Origin: the human T2T-CHM13v2.0 reference genome, Homo sapiens
Assembly (NCBI RefSeq): GCF_009914755.1
Contig: NC_060926.1
Length of the DNA: 64,000 nucleotides
Reading direction: 5' to 3' (one strand)
Below the pieces are notes generated by a model. It worked only from the letters and a program-made list of their open reading frames with translations. It was not told the origin of the DNA and ran no database searches. Positions 13,981-27,990 of this stretch are shown in pieces; the stretch's first letter is position 1; every line of letters starts with the position of its first letter. Position numbers and translations under genes: made by a program.

Positions 13981-15144
13981 CTAAAAATCTGGGTAGCTGG
14001 TCTGAGGTGTTGGGACCCAGGACTTGCTCTCTTATTGCTCCACCACTGGAGCCTCAACCTCAAACTCAAGGTGGTGGCACCTACATTCCAGGCAGCTGAA
14101 GAAAGGAGCAAAGAACAGAGCCAAAGGCACATGCATGCCATCTTCTAAGGAAAATTATTGGAAGCAGCAGTGTGATGCTTTGTCACACGTCCTATTCAGC
14201 AGAACTGAGTTGTGTGGCACATCCAGCTAAAGAGGGAGGTTCAGTTGAGTAGTAGTTATTCAGGGTGGCCTTATGCCCAGCTAAAAAGTCTTTTACTATG
14301 GGAAAGAGGAGAACTGATGTTGGGTGACAGCCAGCACTCTCTGGCAGAGCTACTAAGCCTGTTGTTTCATTTATCTCATTTAGAAAATAAACTGTGACCA
14401 TATTAATTTCCTTTTCAAAGCATTGAAAAATTTGTATTTCCTAAACTATTGGAGTAGTAAAATGGGTATGGTGACCCACCAGGTGTGAGCTCATTAAGTC
14501 TATCTTTTCTCTTCTTGTTTTTTATTTAAAATATTTTATTGAAAAATGATGGAATTTAAAGTCGCTTTTTCCTTTGCAGATGAACTATTTGATAACAGGT
14601 TTTAAGACATGAATCTTATTTTTTGAGTTAACACTGATAATATTTATGCTTGGTACACTTGAAATAGAAAAACCTGCTTGGTCACAACATGCTAGAATTT
14701 AAAATTATTAAAAGTGATGAATTAATGATAAAACTTTATTCCCATAACAGAAATTTACTAAGCATCTACTATGTGCCGAGCACTGTGCAAAGGTCAGGGA
14801 TGGAAATGGTGAGCTCACAATCCAAGTGTGTACAGTTTCCTAGACTTGGTTTCTTGAAAGGAAAACTCACTAGAGATTGGACTCCAAATCACAAATGTCA
14901 TTTGGCAACTGATAAGTCGGGTATCTGGTAATTCAGAAGCACAGGAAATGATTAAATGCCACATTTGACAAGATCTGGCAGCTGCCTTGTGAAACTGAAA
15001 GAACAGGATTGCCTGGAGACAATTATCAGAACTTGGACTTTCATTTTTCCTTGCTGCAGTAGACAGTGTTTTATTGTGGCTCTTTAAGAGATGTCTTAGT
15101 GGTATGAATTGCTTGGTCAGCTGAAAACTTTTCACCTAATTTAA

Positions 15145-15445
15145 TTTTATTTTTAATTTTTTTGAGACAGAGTCTCACTCTGTTGCCCAGGCTGGAGTGC
15201 AGTGGCGCAATCTTGGCTTAGTGCAACCTCCACCACCCAGGTCCAAGCGATTCTTGTGCCTTGGCCTCTGAAGTAGCTGGGATTACAGGTGTGCACCACC
15301 GTGCCCGGCTAATTTTTGTATTTTTAGTAGAGATGGGGTTTCGCCATGTGGGCCAGGTTGGTCTCAAACTCCTGACCTCAAGTGATCTCCCTGCCTGAGC
15401 CTCCCAAAGTGCTGGGATTATAGGTGTGAGGCACCACGCCTAGCC
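15145..15445 (-). mobile_element. Alu (AluS-like)
   Basis: Antisense dimer. Confidence 0.92.
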
Positions 15446-15448
15446 AAA

Positions 15449-15752
15449 TTTTATTTTTATTTTTATTTATTTATTTTTTATTTTGTGAGATGGAGTCTCA
15501 CTCTGTCGTCCAGACTGGAGTGCAGTGGTGTGATCTCCGCCTCCCAGGTTCAAGCTATTCTCATGCCTCAGCCTCCCAAGTAGCTGGGATTGCAGGCGTC
15601 CACCACTATGCCCAGCTAATTTTTGTATTTTTAGTAGAGACGAGGTTTTACCATGTTGACTAGGCTGGCCTCGAACTCCTGATCTCAAGTGATTCGCCCA
15701 TCTCAGCCTACCAAAGTGCTACGATTACAGGTGTGAGTCACCACACCCAGCC
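15449..15752 (-). mobile_element. Alu (AluS-like), in tandem with the previous one, small internal deletion
   Basis: Antisense dimer lacking ggctcactgcaac. Confidence 0.9.
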
Positions 15753-16579
15753 CCAATTTTATTTTAAAATGAGCTAGTTATATATTTATTTCTGTACTTA
15801 CAAATTTCTGTTGAAGTGGAATTCTTGATCATTTTAAATGCAGGCCAGTTGCTTTTGTGATTTTTATGTTGTTGCTAATGTTATTCTTTTTTCCTTGAGG
15901 TTATTGAAATTCTTATGTTGGGAGGTAAGAAGCAAGTGTTGGTGGACCAAGGTCACACCAAAAATAGATCCTAGGGATAGAACCAGAATTCCAGAATTCT
16001 TTTCCTGTCTCCTCCTCCATTTTCCTGATCTGACCGCTCTTATTAGCATATTCCCTTTAAATAGTTGAAATTGAGGGTTGTGATTTCACATTTTTTCCCC
16101 CGGTACGTGGTAAAGACTTTGAGCTGAAGGAGTTGAAAGTTGTGGATGTTAAAAACACGTTCTGCTTTGGATGTTCCTTTACTGCATGAGCTCCCTTGCT
16201 CTTAATGAGACACACCCATAGTAAAGTCCAGACACTCAGTCTGGACTTAACTGAGTCAGGTTAAGAACTAGAACCCTCAGGCGCAAATGTCACATGAGCA
16301 TCATATTCACTAGAAAATGGGTTTAGTTCTAGCATGCTCTTTCAAGGAGGCAGGAAAGAAGGCATCTTGTGAAATTTTGGGAAGGCCAGGATAAAATTGC
16401 TGGTCTTGTGCTCCAGTTAAAGGTAACAGGTATTCTTTGCCTTTAATTTTGCCTTTAGCACAGATCTCAAAGTACTTAATAGACGTTAATTATAACTGAC
16501 CATGCTCTTGTAATAGATTTTTTTTAATGAGTAAACTGGGGTGTAGTGATGTCATCAAATCAAGCAGAAAGGAGACTCT

Positions 16580-16730
16580 TGGAGTAGTGGTTTAGAGCAA
16601 GATCTGGGAGCCCAGGAGTGCTAGGCACAACTCCTGGTTTGTCACTTACCAGCTGTGTGACCTTGGACAAGTTACTTGTCTTCTCAATTTGTGTCCACAT
16701 TTGTAAAATGGGTAATGGCAATAGTGTCTC
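16580..16730 (+). mobile_element. MIR SINE
   Basis: gtcacttaccagctgtgtgaccttggacaagttactt...tgtaaaatggg core. Confidence 0.75.
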
Positions 16731-17880
16731 TTATATTATTGTCTCTTATAGTGTCTCATGTTATTAGGCAGAGTACCTAATATGAGAGCATAGGAGATGA
16801 TAGCTGTTGGGGCATTATTAATAATAGCTTGTTTGCCTCCTTTGAAAGTAGGCTATGTTTGTGATTTCTTAGAAGGTTATTAGAAATCTAGTCTTTTGAA
16901 TGTGGAGTTGTAGTTTATAGTCAAAAGAGAGCCTCAGCCTTTTAACCAACTTTCTGTGTAAACATGAAAATTCCGGGCTGGATTTGTTCCACTGTGAATT
17001 TTAGCTCACACTTGCCCAACTGGATTATCCAGTAAGTATAATTTAAAAATAGGGTTTGGTTTTTCTTCTCCAAACACCCTTAAGGTTACAAAAAAAAGCA
17101 GGATCTGCTTCCTGCCCTCAAGGAGTTTATAGCCTAGTAAAGTGAAATTGGGAGAAGTACTTGCCCTTGGAGATGATGAAACTTGAGTTAGGGGTCTTGA
17201 AGGCAAAATCGTAGGTAAGGCCTGGAGCTGGAGCTTGGTAATTGACAGTGTTTATGGGGTTGGGGGCAAGGTGGCAGGAAAATGTGAGCACAGGCGTCAA
17301 AGTCCTTGTGTGCCTGGGAAGTGAAAGGAGGAGGGGCAGCTCCTGGTGGATGGCCAGGGTGTGGCTAGATGGAGGAGGAGGGCTCCCAATTGTGGTGGGA
17401 AGAATGCTGCACAGTGGGAAGGGCACTGGGCTGGAAGCCCTACCCATGTCAGGGAATGTCTGGGCCTCAGATTTTTATTTTCTAGAATGAAGATACTTAC
17501 CCCCCAATTGCTGAGATATTTGAATAAAAGTATATGTGAAGGATTTTGTAATTATAGAATGTCCTACAAATATGAGTAGTTCGTTTGCTACTTTTTTGGC
17601 GAAGAAAAATATTGGGATGCATGAATAATATCTACCTAAGGTACCTAAGGTTGTATTCATCCCATTTATTGAATGCCAAGGATATACCAGCTACTGCTCC
17701 AGATGTTGTATTCAGGGAACAGAAGAAGAGTCCCTGTGCCCATGGAGCTAACAGCATTCTAGGGGAGGAAAGATGGGACAGCTGACTTTCACGATCTCAG
17801 GTACTGATGAAGATTGTGAAGATTATTACATCAGGTGAATGTAGGGGTGATTTAGAGAAAGCTGGTAGCTAGGCTGTTCA

Positions 17881-18257
<377 letters not shown>

Positions 18258-18640
18258 TCAAGAGTGTTCGGAACCAAAGGAAGCGACTGCGGTTACTCTG
18301 AGATGGAAATGAGGCTGCTATGTTCAAAGGACAGAAACGGAGTCAGTGTGGCAGGAGTGCACACCTTAGAGGGTGCAGCTGGAGAGGCAGAGAAAGGGCC
18401 ACTCACCATGGGCCTTGTAGAATGTGGCAGGAATTCAAATTTCATTCCATTGCCCATCGGAACCCACTGGAGGGCTGTAAGCAGAGGAATGATGTGATAT
18501 GACCTGAGATGTGCAAAGAACAGCAGTTGCAAAGAACAGATGTGGAGGACGGGCTCGGGTGGAACAAGAGTAGAAGCAAACCAGTTAGAATGATACTATA
18601 GTTGTTCAGGTATGATGTGATGGTGACTCAGGCCTTTGTT

Positions 18641-18718
18641 TTAGGAGTTTGCAGGAGCTCAGAGCAGACAGTGAAAGTGGCCACCTTGAAGCAAAACACA
18701 AATGAAAGGGTTGATCAC
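18641..18718. repeat. 78-nt inverted repeat, arm A
   Basis: 70/78 identical, ungapped, to the reverse complement of 20038-20115. Confidence 0.95.
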
Positions 18719-18920
18719 AAACTGGATTAAAGTTGGCAGTGAGAATACTGGAAAGGAACTACTGAGAAGTGGTCAGAGTAAAATGTGGAGGTAGAGCCTG
18801 TAGACTTTACTGATGCATTGGACGTGGGATATAAGGGCAAGTGAAGAATCAATGATGACTTCTAGGTTTCTGGCCTGAGCACCTGGGTAGATGGTGTACA
18901 TTTAGTAAGATAGAGAAGGG

Positions 18921-19414
18921 GGCCGGGCATGGTGCCTCAAGCCTGTAATCCCAGCACTTTGGGAGGCTGAGGCAGGTGGATCACTTGAAGCCAGGAGTTT
19001 GAGACCAGCCTGGCCAACATGGCGGAACCCCATTTCTACTAAATATATATATATTTTGTATGTATGTGTATATATATATAAAATATATATATAATTTATG
19101 TATTTATATAATATACAAATATATTTATATATTTATATACAAATATATATTTATATTATATATAAATTATATAAATTTAAATAAATATAAATATATTTAT
19201 CTTGTATATATAAATATATTTTGTGTGTGTGTATATATATACACACACAAAAATTAGCTGGACGTGGGGGCACATTCCTGTAATTCCAGCTTCTTGGGAG
19301 GCTGAGGCATGAGAATCACTTCAACCTGGGAGGCGGAGGGTGCCGTAAGCCAAGATTGCACCACTGCACTCCAGCCTGGGTGACAGAGTGAGACTCTGTC
19401 TCAAAAGAAAAAAA
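18921..19414 (+). mobile_element. Alu whose central linker is expanded to about 200 nt of AT-rich repeat
   Basis: Left arm 18921-19043, AT-rich block 19044-19246, right arm 19247-19414. Confidence 0.9.
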
Positions 19415-19420
19415 TTTTTA

Positions 19421-19727
<307 letters not shown>

Positions 19728-20037
19728 GGAATGCTTATGGCAAGCCTGGCTGGGGGAGAAGCTGAGTTCTATTTTGAATGTGTTAAATATGAGATGTTAA
19801 GTGGAAATGTTTACTAGGCAATTGAATATCTGAGTATGGAGTTAGGAGAGAGGCTGGGGCTGAAAAGAGGTGTTTTGAGAGTTATCAGTGAATGGATGGT
19901 GTTTCCAGCCACAGGATGAGAGCGCAGCTAGAGATGAGGAAAAGGTCTAAGAGCTGGTGGAAGAGAGGAGCAACCAGCAAACTTGAGGAGAAACTGGCAA
20001 GTATCGACTGACTTGTACATCCATCTACCTTGCTGTC

Positions 20038-20115
20038 GTGATCGACCCTTATGTTTGTGTTTTGCCTGAAGGTGGCCACTTTCACTGTCTGCTGCGAGCT
20101 CCTGCAAACTCCTAA
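20038..20115. repeat. 78-nt inverted repeat, arm B
   Basis: Reverse complement of arm A at 18641-18718. Confidence 0.95.
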
Positions 20116-21492
20116 TAATCCGAGGGACAGAGGGGAGTGGTGGTGTACTGTTCTAGTATCTACTTTTATGATTCAAAAACCTGTTCTTTTTGAAATCACA
20201 TGGTACTTAAAGATATTTATATTATCTTCTCTATCGTCTTTTCCTCCCTTCATTTTTACTTTGGTAATTTTACCTATTAAGATTGTGAAGGAACTTGACA
20301 TTTTAGGGATTTCTTGTAGATGTTGTAATGAAATATGGTTTTGGAATTTGATTTAGAAAGAGGTGGAATGTAGTCCGTTTTCTTTCTCCGGCTTCCCTCA
20401 ACCTTCCAGTTCTTTATAGGTGGTTCATTGCTTTGACTACCAGAGGCCTTAAATGCAGGTTGCGTAGTTGACCATGCGACCTGTGAGGCTCCCTTTGAAC
20501 CTTTGTCCCTATTTCTGTAAAATTAGGAGCTCAAATGAGATCAAGGTGGGCTTCCTTGATTTCTTCCAGGGAACAGGGACTGGTGGGAGTCAGTGGCAGC
20601 AAGTCTTGTCTAAAGGTGTGAGCAGCAACAAAGCAACACACGAGGCAGGAAAGGACTAGGCTTCATTAATGGAGGTGATGCTTCAGCTGAGATATAGAGG
20701 GGATTGGGGGCTGGGCACGTGCTTTTTGGAGAATGGGCAGCATTTGCACAGTGTGGGAGTGCGAACAAAGAGCCTGGTGGACCAGCTCCAGGTGGTGACC
20801 CCATCAATAGGAATAGGGTGATTCTCCTGCATTTTCTCATCTATAAGTAGCCATGTGGGGAATCCAAAAACCAGTTACCAACATTCAAAATTGCTAGTGC
20901 TGTTAGTTCTGCAAGTATAAAATTAGAAACAAAGTTCAAGCTTCGTCTGCCAAGTTGAAGTTTCCTAAGTGTTCTCTCAAAACCCATATTAATGGACTCA
21001 TTTTGGCGTTTGTAACCGGGTAAGTTACAGATAAGGGCATCTGCATTAACTGGAGTTGCCTTTTGAAACTCCTCAGCCCTAGCTTTGGTTTCTCAAATGT
21101 GGTGTGGGTATTTGGAGTAAACTGCTGTAAGGCTAAGCTGTTAGTAAGCATTTGATTTTGAGAGCCCTCTTTCCTTTGCAGCTCTTATAAATGGATTACT
21201 CAGTAGGAATTGCTGGAAATTAGAATCACTGCCTCCTTTAATAAGTCTAGTTAAGGCAGGGAGGTGGGCCCCGTCACAGCATAGGGCAGAGCAGTCACTT
21301 AGCAAGGAGCTCAGGAAATGTTTGCTGAATGAAAGAGTGGAGAGTGAAAGGTCGTGTTCTCAACCTGGCAGCTGGCATTTCTACATCACTTTTACTCAGA
21401 GATTTGCAGACAAAACTTTTTGTTTAAAACAATGCTATGTTAATTATAATCTAACTGTTACACAATTTTTTTTTTTTTAAATCACAGTACAG

Positions 21493-21778
21493 GGCTGGGC
21501 GCAGTGGCTCATACCTGTAATCCCAGCACTTCCGGAGGCCGAGGCAGGAGGATCGCTTAAGCTCAGGAGTTCGAGACCAGCCTGAGCAACACTGTAGAAC
21601 CCCGTCTCTACTAAAAATACAAAATATTAGCCAGGTGTGGTGACACACACCTGTAGTCCCAGCTACTTGGGCTGAGGTGGGAGGATTGCTTGAGCCCAGG
21701 AGGTGGTTGCAGTGAGCCATGATTACGCACTGCCCTCCAGCCTGGGCAACAGAGCAAAACCCTGTCTCAGAAAGAAAA
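21493..21778 (+). mobile_element. Alu (AluJ-like)
   Basis: Dimer; TSD aaaatcacagta on both sides. Confidence 0.92.
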
Positions 21779-22318
21779 TCACAGTATACATGGAATACAA
21801 AGGTTTTTTGTGTTTGTTTTTAAGAACTAGAGCCTTCGAAGGAGCATGTGGCTTACTGGTATTGGGCTGAAGGATGATTGCATGGGGCCCATCTGGATAA
21901 TCCAAGATACTTTCCTGGGCAGGGGCATTGACAGGGATATTCCCTACTTTCTTCCACCTTTAGAGGATTTACTTTAGAAATGGTTTAAGGTTTCTCAAAG
22001 TTTTAAGTCTGCTGTGTTGGAATTATTAATACTGGAGTTTGTCTTTTAATTGTGTAAATTACCTGGCTTGTTCATTACAAATAACCATTGGATGTCCTGT
22101 AAGTGCTAGGCACTGAGCTGGATGCTAGGTGATGCAACAGTGACAAGGACAGGTGTGGCCCCTGCCCCCATGGAGCTGACCTTCTGGGGAGGGAGAAGGA
22201 CAGTGAGCAAATGGTCTCACACACAGTCGTATAATCACTAACTGTGGCCATTGCTGTGCAGGAAAGGCAAATGATAATTATAAGAGATGGGACCTGAACT
22301 AGCCTGGAAAGTGGGAAG

Positions 22319-22582
<264 letters not shown>

Positions 22583-22869
22583 GGGAAGGTTTTTAAGCAG
22601 AGACATGAAGGGGTGAGTAGGAGGATGCCTGAAGGAGAGAAGAAGAAACTGTGCAAAGGTCCTGAGCCAGGAGAGTGGTGGTGGTTGGAGGGGTGTGAAA
22701 GAAGCCCACTGCAGTTCAAAGAGTAGAGAGTGATGGAGAGGGTTAACCCAGAATGTGCCCTTTGGAAATACCTAACCTGAAATACTTTTACCTAAGCCAT
22801 TGTTAGGATCTGAGTTCTTGGTGTCTGAGCACAACTGAATGTGAATAAGAGGCTGTTTGGATTTCCTGC

Positions 22870-23442
22870 TGTGGATGGCAGGATGCTATTCACAAAGAAG
22901 CCTATGTCCTGACCCTCCAGACCTGCTGCTACATTAGGTTAAATGGCAAAGGGGCATTAGGTTGCAGAAGGAATCAACGTTGCTTATCAACTGATGTTAA
23001 AATCAGGGAAGTATCCTGGATTATCCAAATGGGCCCAGTGGTTCTTGTAATGTGGAAGAGGGAGACTTGAAGATGCTCGCCCGCTGGCTTTACAGATGAA
23101 AGAAGGAACCATGAGTCAGGGAAAGTTTTCCTGTTGGGCACTAGGCTTAGTACCTGAGTGACGAAATAATCTGTACAGCAAACCCCGGTGACACGAGTTG
23201 TGCTGCATAACAAACCTGCATGTGTACCCCCAAACCAAAAATAAAAGTTAAAAAAAAGCTGGAAAGGGCAAGGAAACAGATCCTCCCCTACAACCTTTAG
23301 GAAGGAATGCAGCCAAGTGAGACCTGGGTTGGCCTGTGGCCCTAAGGAACTGTGAGATAGTAAGATAAGATGAAGGCTATTATAATAACTGTGTTTTAAG
23401 CCACTAAGTTTGCGGCCATTTGTTAAAGCAGCAATAGAAAAC
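22870..23442 (+). mobile_element. MaLR LTR (MLT1D/E-like)
   Basis: atcctggattatccaaatgggccc, aagctggaaagggcaaggaaacagat, ttttaagccactaagtttg...gcagcaatagaaaac. Confidence 0.8.
23130..23257 (+). mobile_element. Short L1PA/L1PB 3'-end fragment nested in the MLT1
   Basis: tagtacctgagtgacgaaataatctgtacagcaaacccc...aacaaacctgcatgtgtacccc...aaaataaaagttaaaaaaaa. Confidence 0.8.
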
Positions 23443-24689
23443 ATCCTGCCTACCCAACTCAACGTCTCATTGCATAGGTGGGTGTTACCACCAAGTCACT
23501 TGGCAGTGACGACCTCTGGTGCCTGCTTTGCTGCTCACAGAGCAGTGGAGAGTGGCTCTTACTAATAATGCCTCCAGGTAAATATTGCTCAGTAAATACT
23601 TACTGAGGGCCTGCCACGTGCCAGACCTTGCTCTCAAAGCTTGGGATAACTGCTGGGTGAAAATGGTAAGATGTGTGCCCTCACCAAGTTTCATTCTAGA
23701 TGCCTCTCAGCCCTGCCCCATGGAGAAGGGCCAGCAAGAGTGTGAATTTCACATCCAGACACCAACCCTGACTGCAGCTGCTGCTAAATAGTTGTGAACA
23801 GCAGTGACTTTTCCCTGAAAAAGAAGTCCCTTCCTTATCTTAACTACTTGTAGGAAAACATATATATACTGAAATAGTTTCCTTCCAGGTTATTCTGAAG
23901 TGATTCTTTGGGACTGATAAAATGGGACAAACTGAATACAATAATAGTTGCTGAAGCCTAGCTCATTACTGCTGGATAGAACCTGTTGTGAGTACAGAGT
24001 TCTCAGATGTCTTTTTAGATCTCCAAATCAGTCACCAAAATAAGGAAAATAGTTTTTTTTATAACTTAAAGTACACACACACCAACATGCATATAGGCTA
24101 GAAAGCCTGATATGAGGTGTTAGTCTGGTAGATTGACTTCTTGTTTAAAGGGAGAAGAGTTTACAGAGGCAGAGGCACAGGGTTTGGATAAACGCACAAA
24201 CAAGCTTTAACGCCTCCTCTGCTTTTCTTCACCAGGTGGGGAAGGCAGGGAAGTGGGGGGACCCTTAACTAAAGAGAGGAGAGTAAAGACTAAGCAGTCG
24301 AGGCAGGCCACCAGGTTTGCTGAGGGCAGCCAGGAAGTGGTAGAGGGTGTGGACATTCCCTGTTAATCACTGGCCCTTAGAGAGCAGGCACTTCCCCCTG
24401 CAGCCAGAGGAGAGACAGTACTTCTGTCAGTGGATACCTGGAGGGTCAAGCTGCGGGAAAGGAGAGGGACTCTTACAAGGCCAGTGAGCTTTGACCAGAT
24501 GAGCTTACCCTCAGGTATCCTGATCACGTGGAGACTGGCCATATGGCTTCCCAGACCAAAATAACTCACCTGTGCCTGTGAAACCATACCAGGGCCAGAT
24601 GCAGCTGCACTGTTGAGATTTGAAGCGTGGTGCTGTTGAATTCAAGCTGCTGCATCAGTCAGGTTTCTTTGCCAGCTTTCTATCCGAGC

Positions 24690-24821
24690 CTGGGGTGACC
24701 ATATCATTCATCTTCCAAACTAGGACACGTTTAATGAAAGGGAGTGGAGTGAATGTTCAATCTTTAGACAACAGGTATGATCCAGGACTGTCCTGGGGAA
24801 ACCTGGACATATGGCCAGCCT
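24690..24821. mobile_element. MER81-like hAT MITE
   Basis: Degenerate terminal inverted repeats ggggtgaccatat...atatggccagccta; ggactgtcctgggg core. Confidence 0.7.
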
Positions 24822-25256
24822 AGCTAAGGCTAGAAGCGTTAACCATTCCATTGGATGGTCTGATGACCCAAAATGGCTAAGTACAACATAGCCTGTGTGT
24901 GGAAGGGCCTCAGCACCCCCAGGAAGAGAGGGATTGTCCCAGGTGCCCTTGCTAGCATATGTCTGTGCCCATAGCATAGACAGCTCTCTGATGTAGGGGT
25001 CTAGAATAGGTGTTTTCTTTATAATCCAAATACAAAGCAATATTTATTTTTACCCCAAAATTATTCTCCTTGTATTTGAACATTACAAAATTGTTCTCTT
25101 ATGAGAGCTGCCCTTCTGACTACTTTATTTTGGAATGACACAGTCATCTGTTCTAAACACCTTGGCTAATCTAAAAGGACCTCAATCCATTTTAGTTGTG
25201 AATGCTGATAGAGGTTAACTTTGGTTTTAAATAAAAATAAATAATTTAAAGAAGGA

Positions 25257-25563
25257 GGCAGGTCACTGTGGTGGCTCACACCTATAATCCTAACACTTTG
25301 GGAGGTTGAGTTGGGGAGATCACTTGAGGTCAGGAGTTCAAGACCAGCCTGGCCAACATGGTGAAACCCCATTTCTACTAAAAATACAAAAATTAGCCAG
25401 GCTTGGTGGCGGGCACCTGTAGTGCGAGCTACTGAGGAGGCTGAAGCAGGAGAATCGATTGAACCTTGGGAGGTGGAGGTTGAAGTGAGCCGAGATCACA
25501 ACACTGCACTTCAGCCTGGGTGACAGAGCGAGATTCTGTCTCCAAAAAAAAAAAAAAAAAAAA
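25257..25563 (+). mobile_element. Alu (AluS-like)
   Basis: Dimer with poly-A. Confidence 0.92.
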
Positions 25564-26491
25564 GAAGCAAAGAAATTTAGTTCACATTCAATACTCATTC
25601 CTCAGGATTTAGCATCGTAATTGCAAGTACTGGATGTTACAAACTTTAAAACATCCTGGAAATGTTCTAGAAAACTGGGTTAGGCATTGCTCTCTGATGA
25701 AGTAATATCAAAGAAACATACAGAGTTTGATTAAAATTGCTTGATGAAATACAAATAAAATTATTTTTAAATGAATGTTTAGTATGTGTGATTTTAAATG
25801 TTTGTATAAATTTAAACGATCAAATGTCAGTTGACTTTCATCTGCGTTCATAAAGCTTAAATATATATGTTAGCCAAAAAAAAGTTTGGAATGTTTTTCC
25901 CCGTTATATTCATTTATTTAGGCATACATAGTATGTGAGGAGTGGTAGTCATGATAAGAGAGACGTTGTGGTAACAGCTGGGGAAAGGCATCCCCCTTCA
26001 AACTGGGGGGGAAGCTAGGCTGGGATGAAAATCTGATGCAAGAAATGATTGTATTTTGACTTGTGGTTCCAGATGGCAAACTAGGTATATGGTTTTGCTT
26101 CCTGGCTCCTCAAGGCTCCCTAATAGTTTAGAGATTATGAAGAAGCAGAAAGCAGATGGGATCTGGGCTTATGACCTTAGCAGGGGAAGGAGCCAAGTCT
26201 AGAGTTCATCATGTGCCCCTCCCCGCCCCCCAACCAAGAGTGATCAGGTAAAGCAGGGACTAGGAGAGAGGAGTGGGTCTGGAAGTGAAGGACCACACAG
26301 GGGTCCACAGAGACCAGGTGATTCCATCGTTCCCTACCTCTGTCTGGAGTAGGGGCTGCTGGCACTTAACACCCTGGCTGTGGGGAAAATACCAAACCCA
26401 TAGCACTTTCTGGGGACAGGCAGATAGGGGAATGTTGACATGTACACGTTTTACAGAGCTTAAATTGATTACAATGCACAAAAATAATGAA

Positions 26492-26652
26492 TTCTTTTTT
26501 TTTTTTTTGAGACCATCTTTCTCTATCACTCAGGCTGGAGTGCAGTAGTACAATCTCGGCTCCTGAAACCTCCATCTCCGGGGTGCAGGCAATTCTTATG
26601 TCTCAGCCTCCCAGATAGCTGGGATTACAGGCGTGAGCCACCGCACCCGGCC
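26492..26652 (-). mobile_element. Alu monomer (FRAM-like or intra-Alu recombinant)
   Basis: About 160-nt single arm; degenerate TSD aa.aatgaa.tcttt. Confidence 0.82.
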
Positions 26653-26929
26653 AAGAATGAAGTCTTTATAGAAGTAGATTAGGCCAAGTCATGACACTAG
26701 AAATAAAAAAAATGCCTAAAACTAGGGCTTCTAGTGTGAATGCTGGGACCCCAAGAATTAAGCTGTCCTCATTCTGGCATTTGAAGAGTGGTTTGCAGTC
26801 TGATAACTAGCTGGCTACCCACTCAGCCTAAAGCGAATCCCTGGAGTCAGCAGCCCCACCCAGGACTCCCTTTCAGAATTCCTGCTCAGGGTGAGAGCGA
26901 GCCAGAAATGGACCTTTTTATACAACATC

Positions 26930-27990
<1,061 letters not shown>

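Noticed and set aside
14562-14808. Strong-looking acceptor (ttttcctttgcag at 14579) with a distant gtgagc donor
   Set aside because: No coding signal, and the 3' part runs into L2-like sequence; probably a pseudo-exon
19060-19257. Tyr/Ile-rich 65-aa ORF
   Set aside because: Artefact of the (TA)n low-complexity tract
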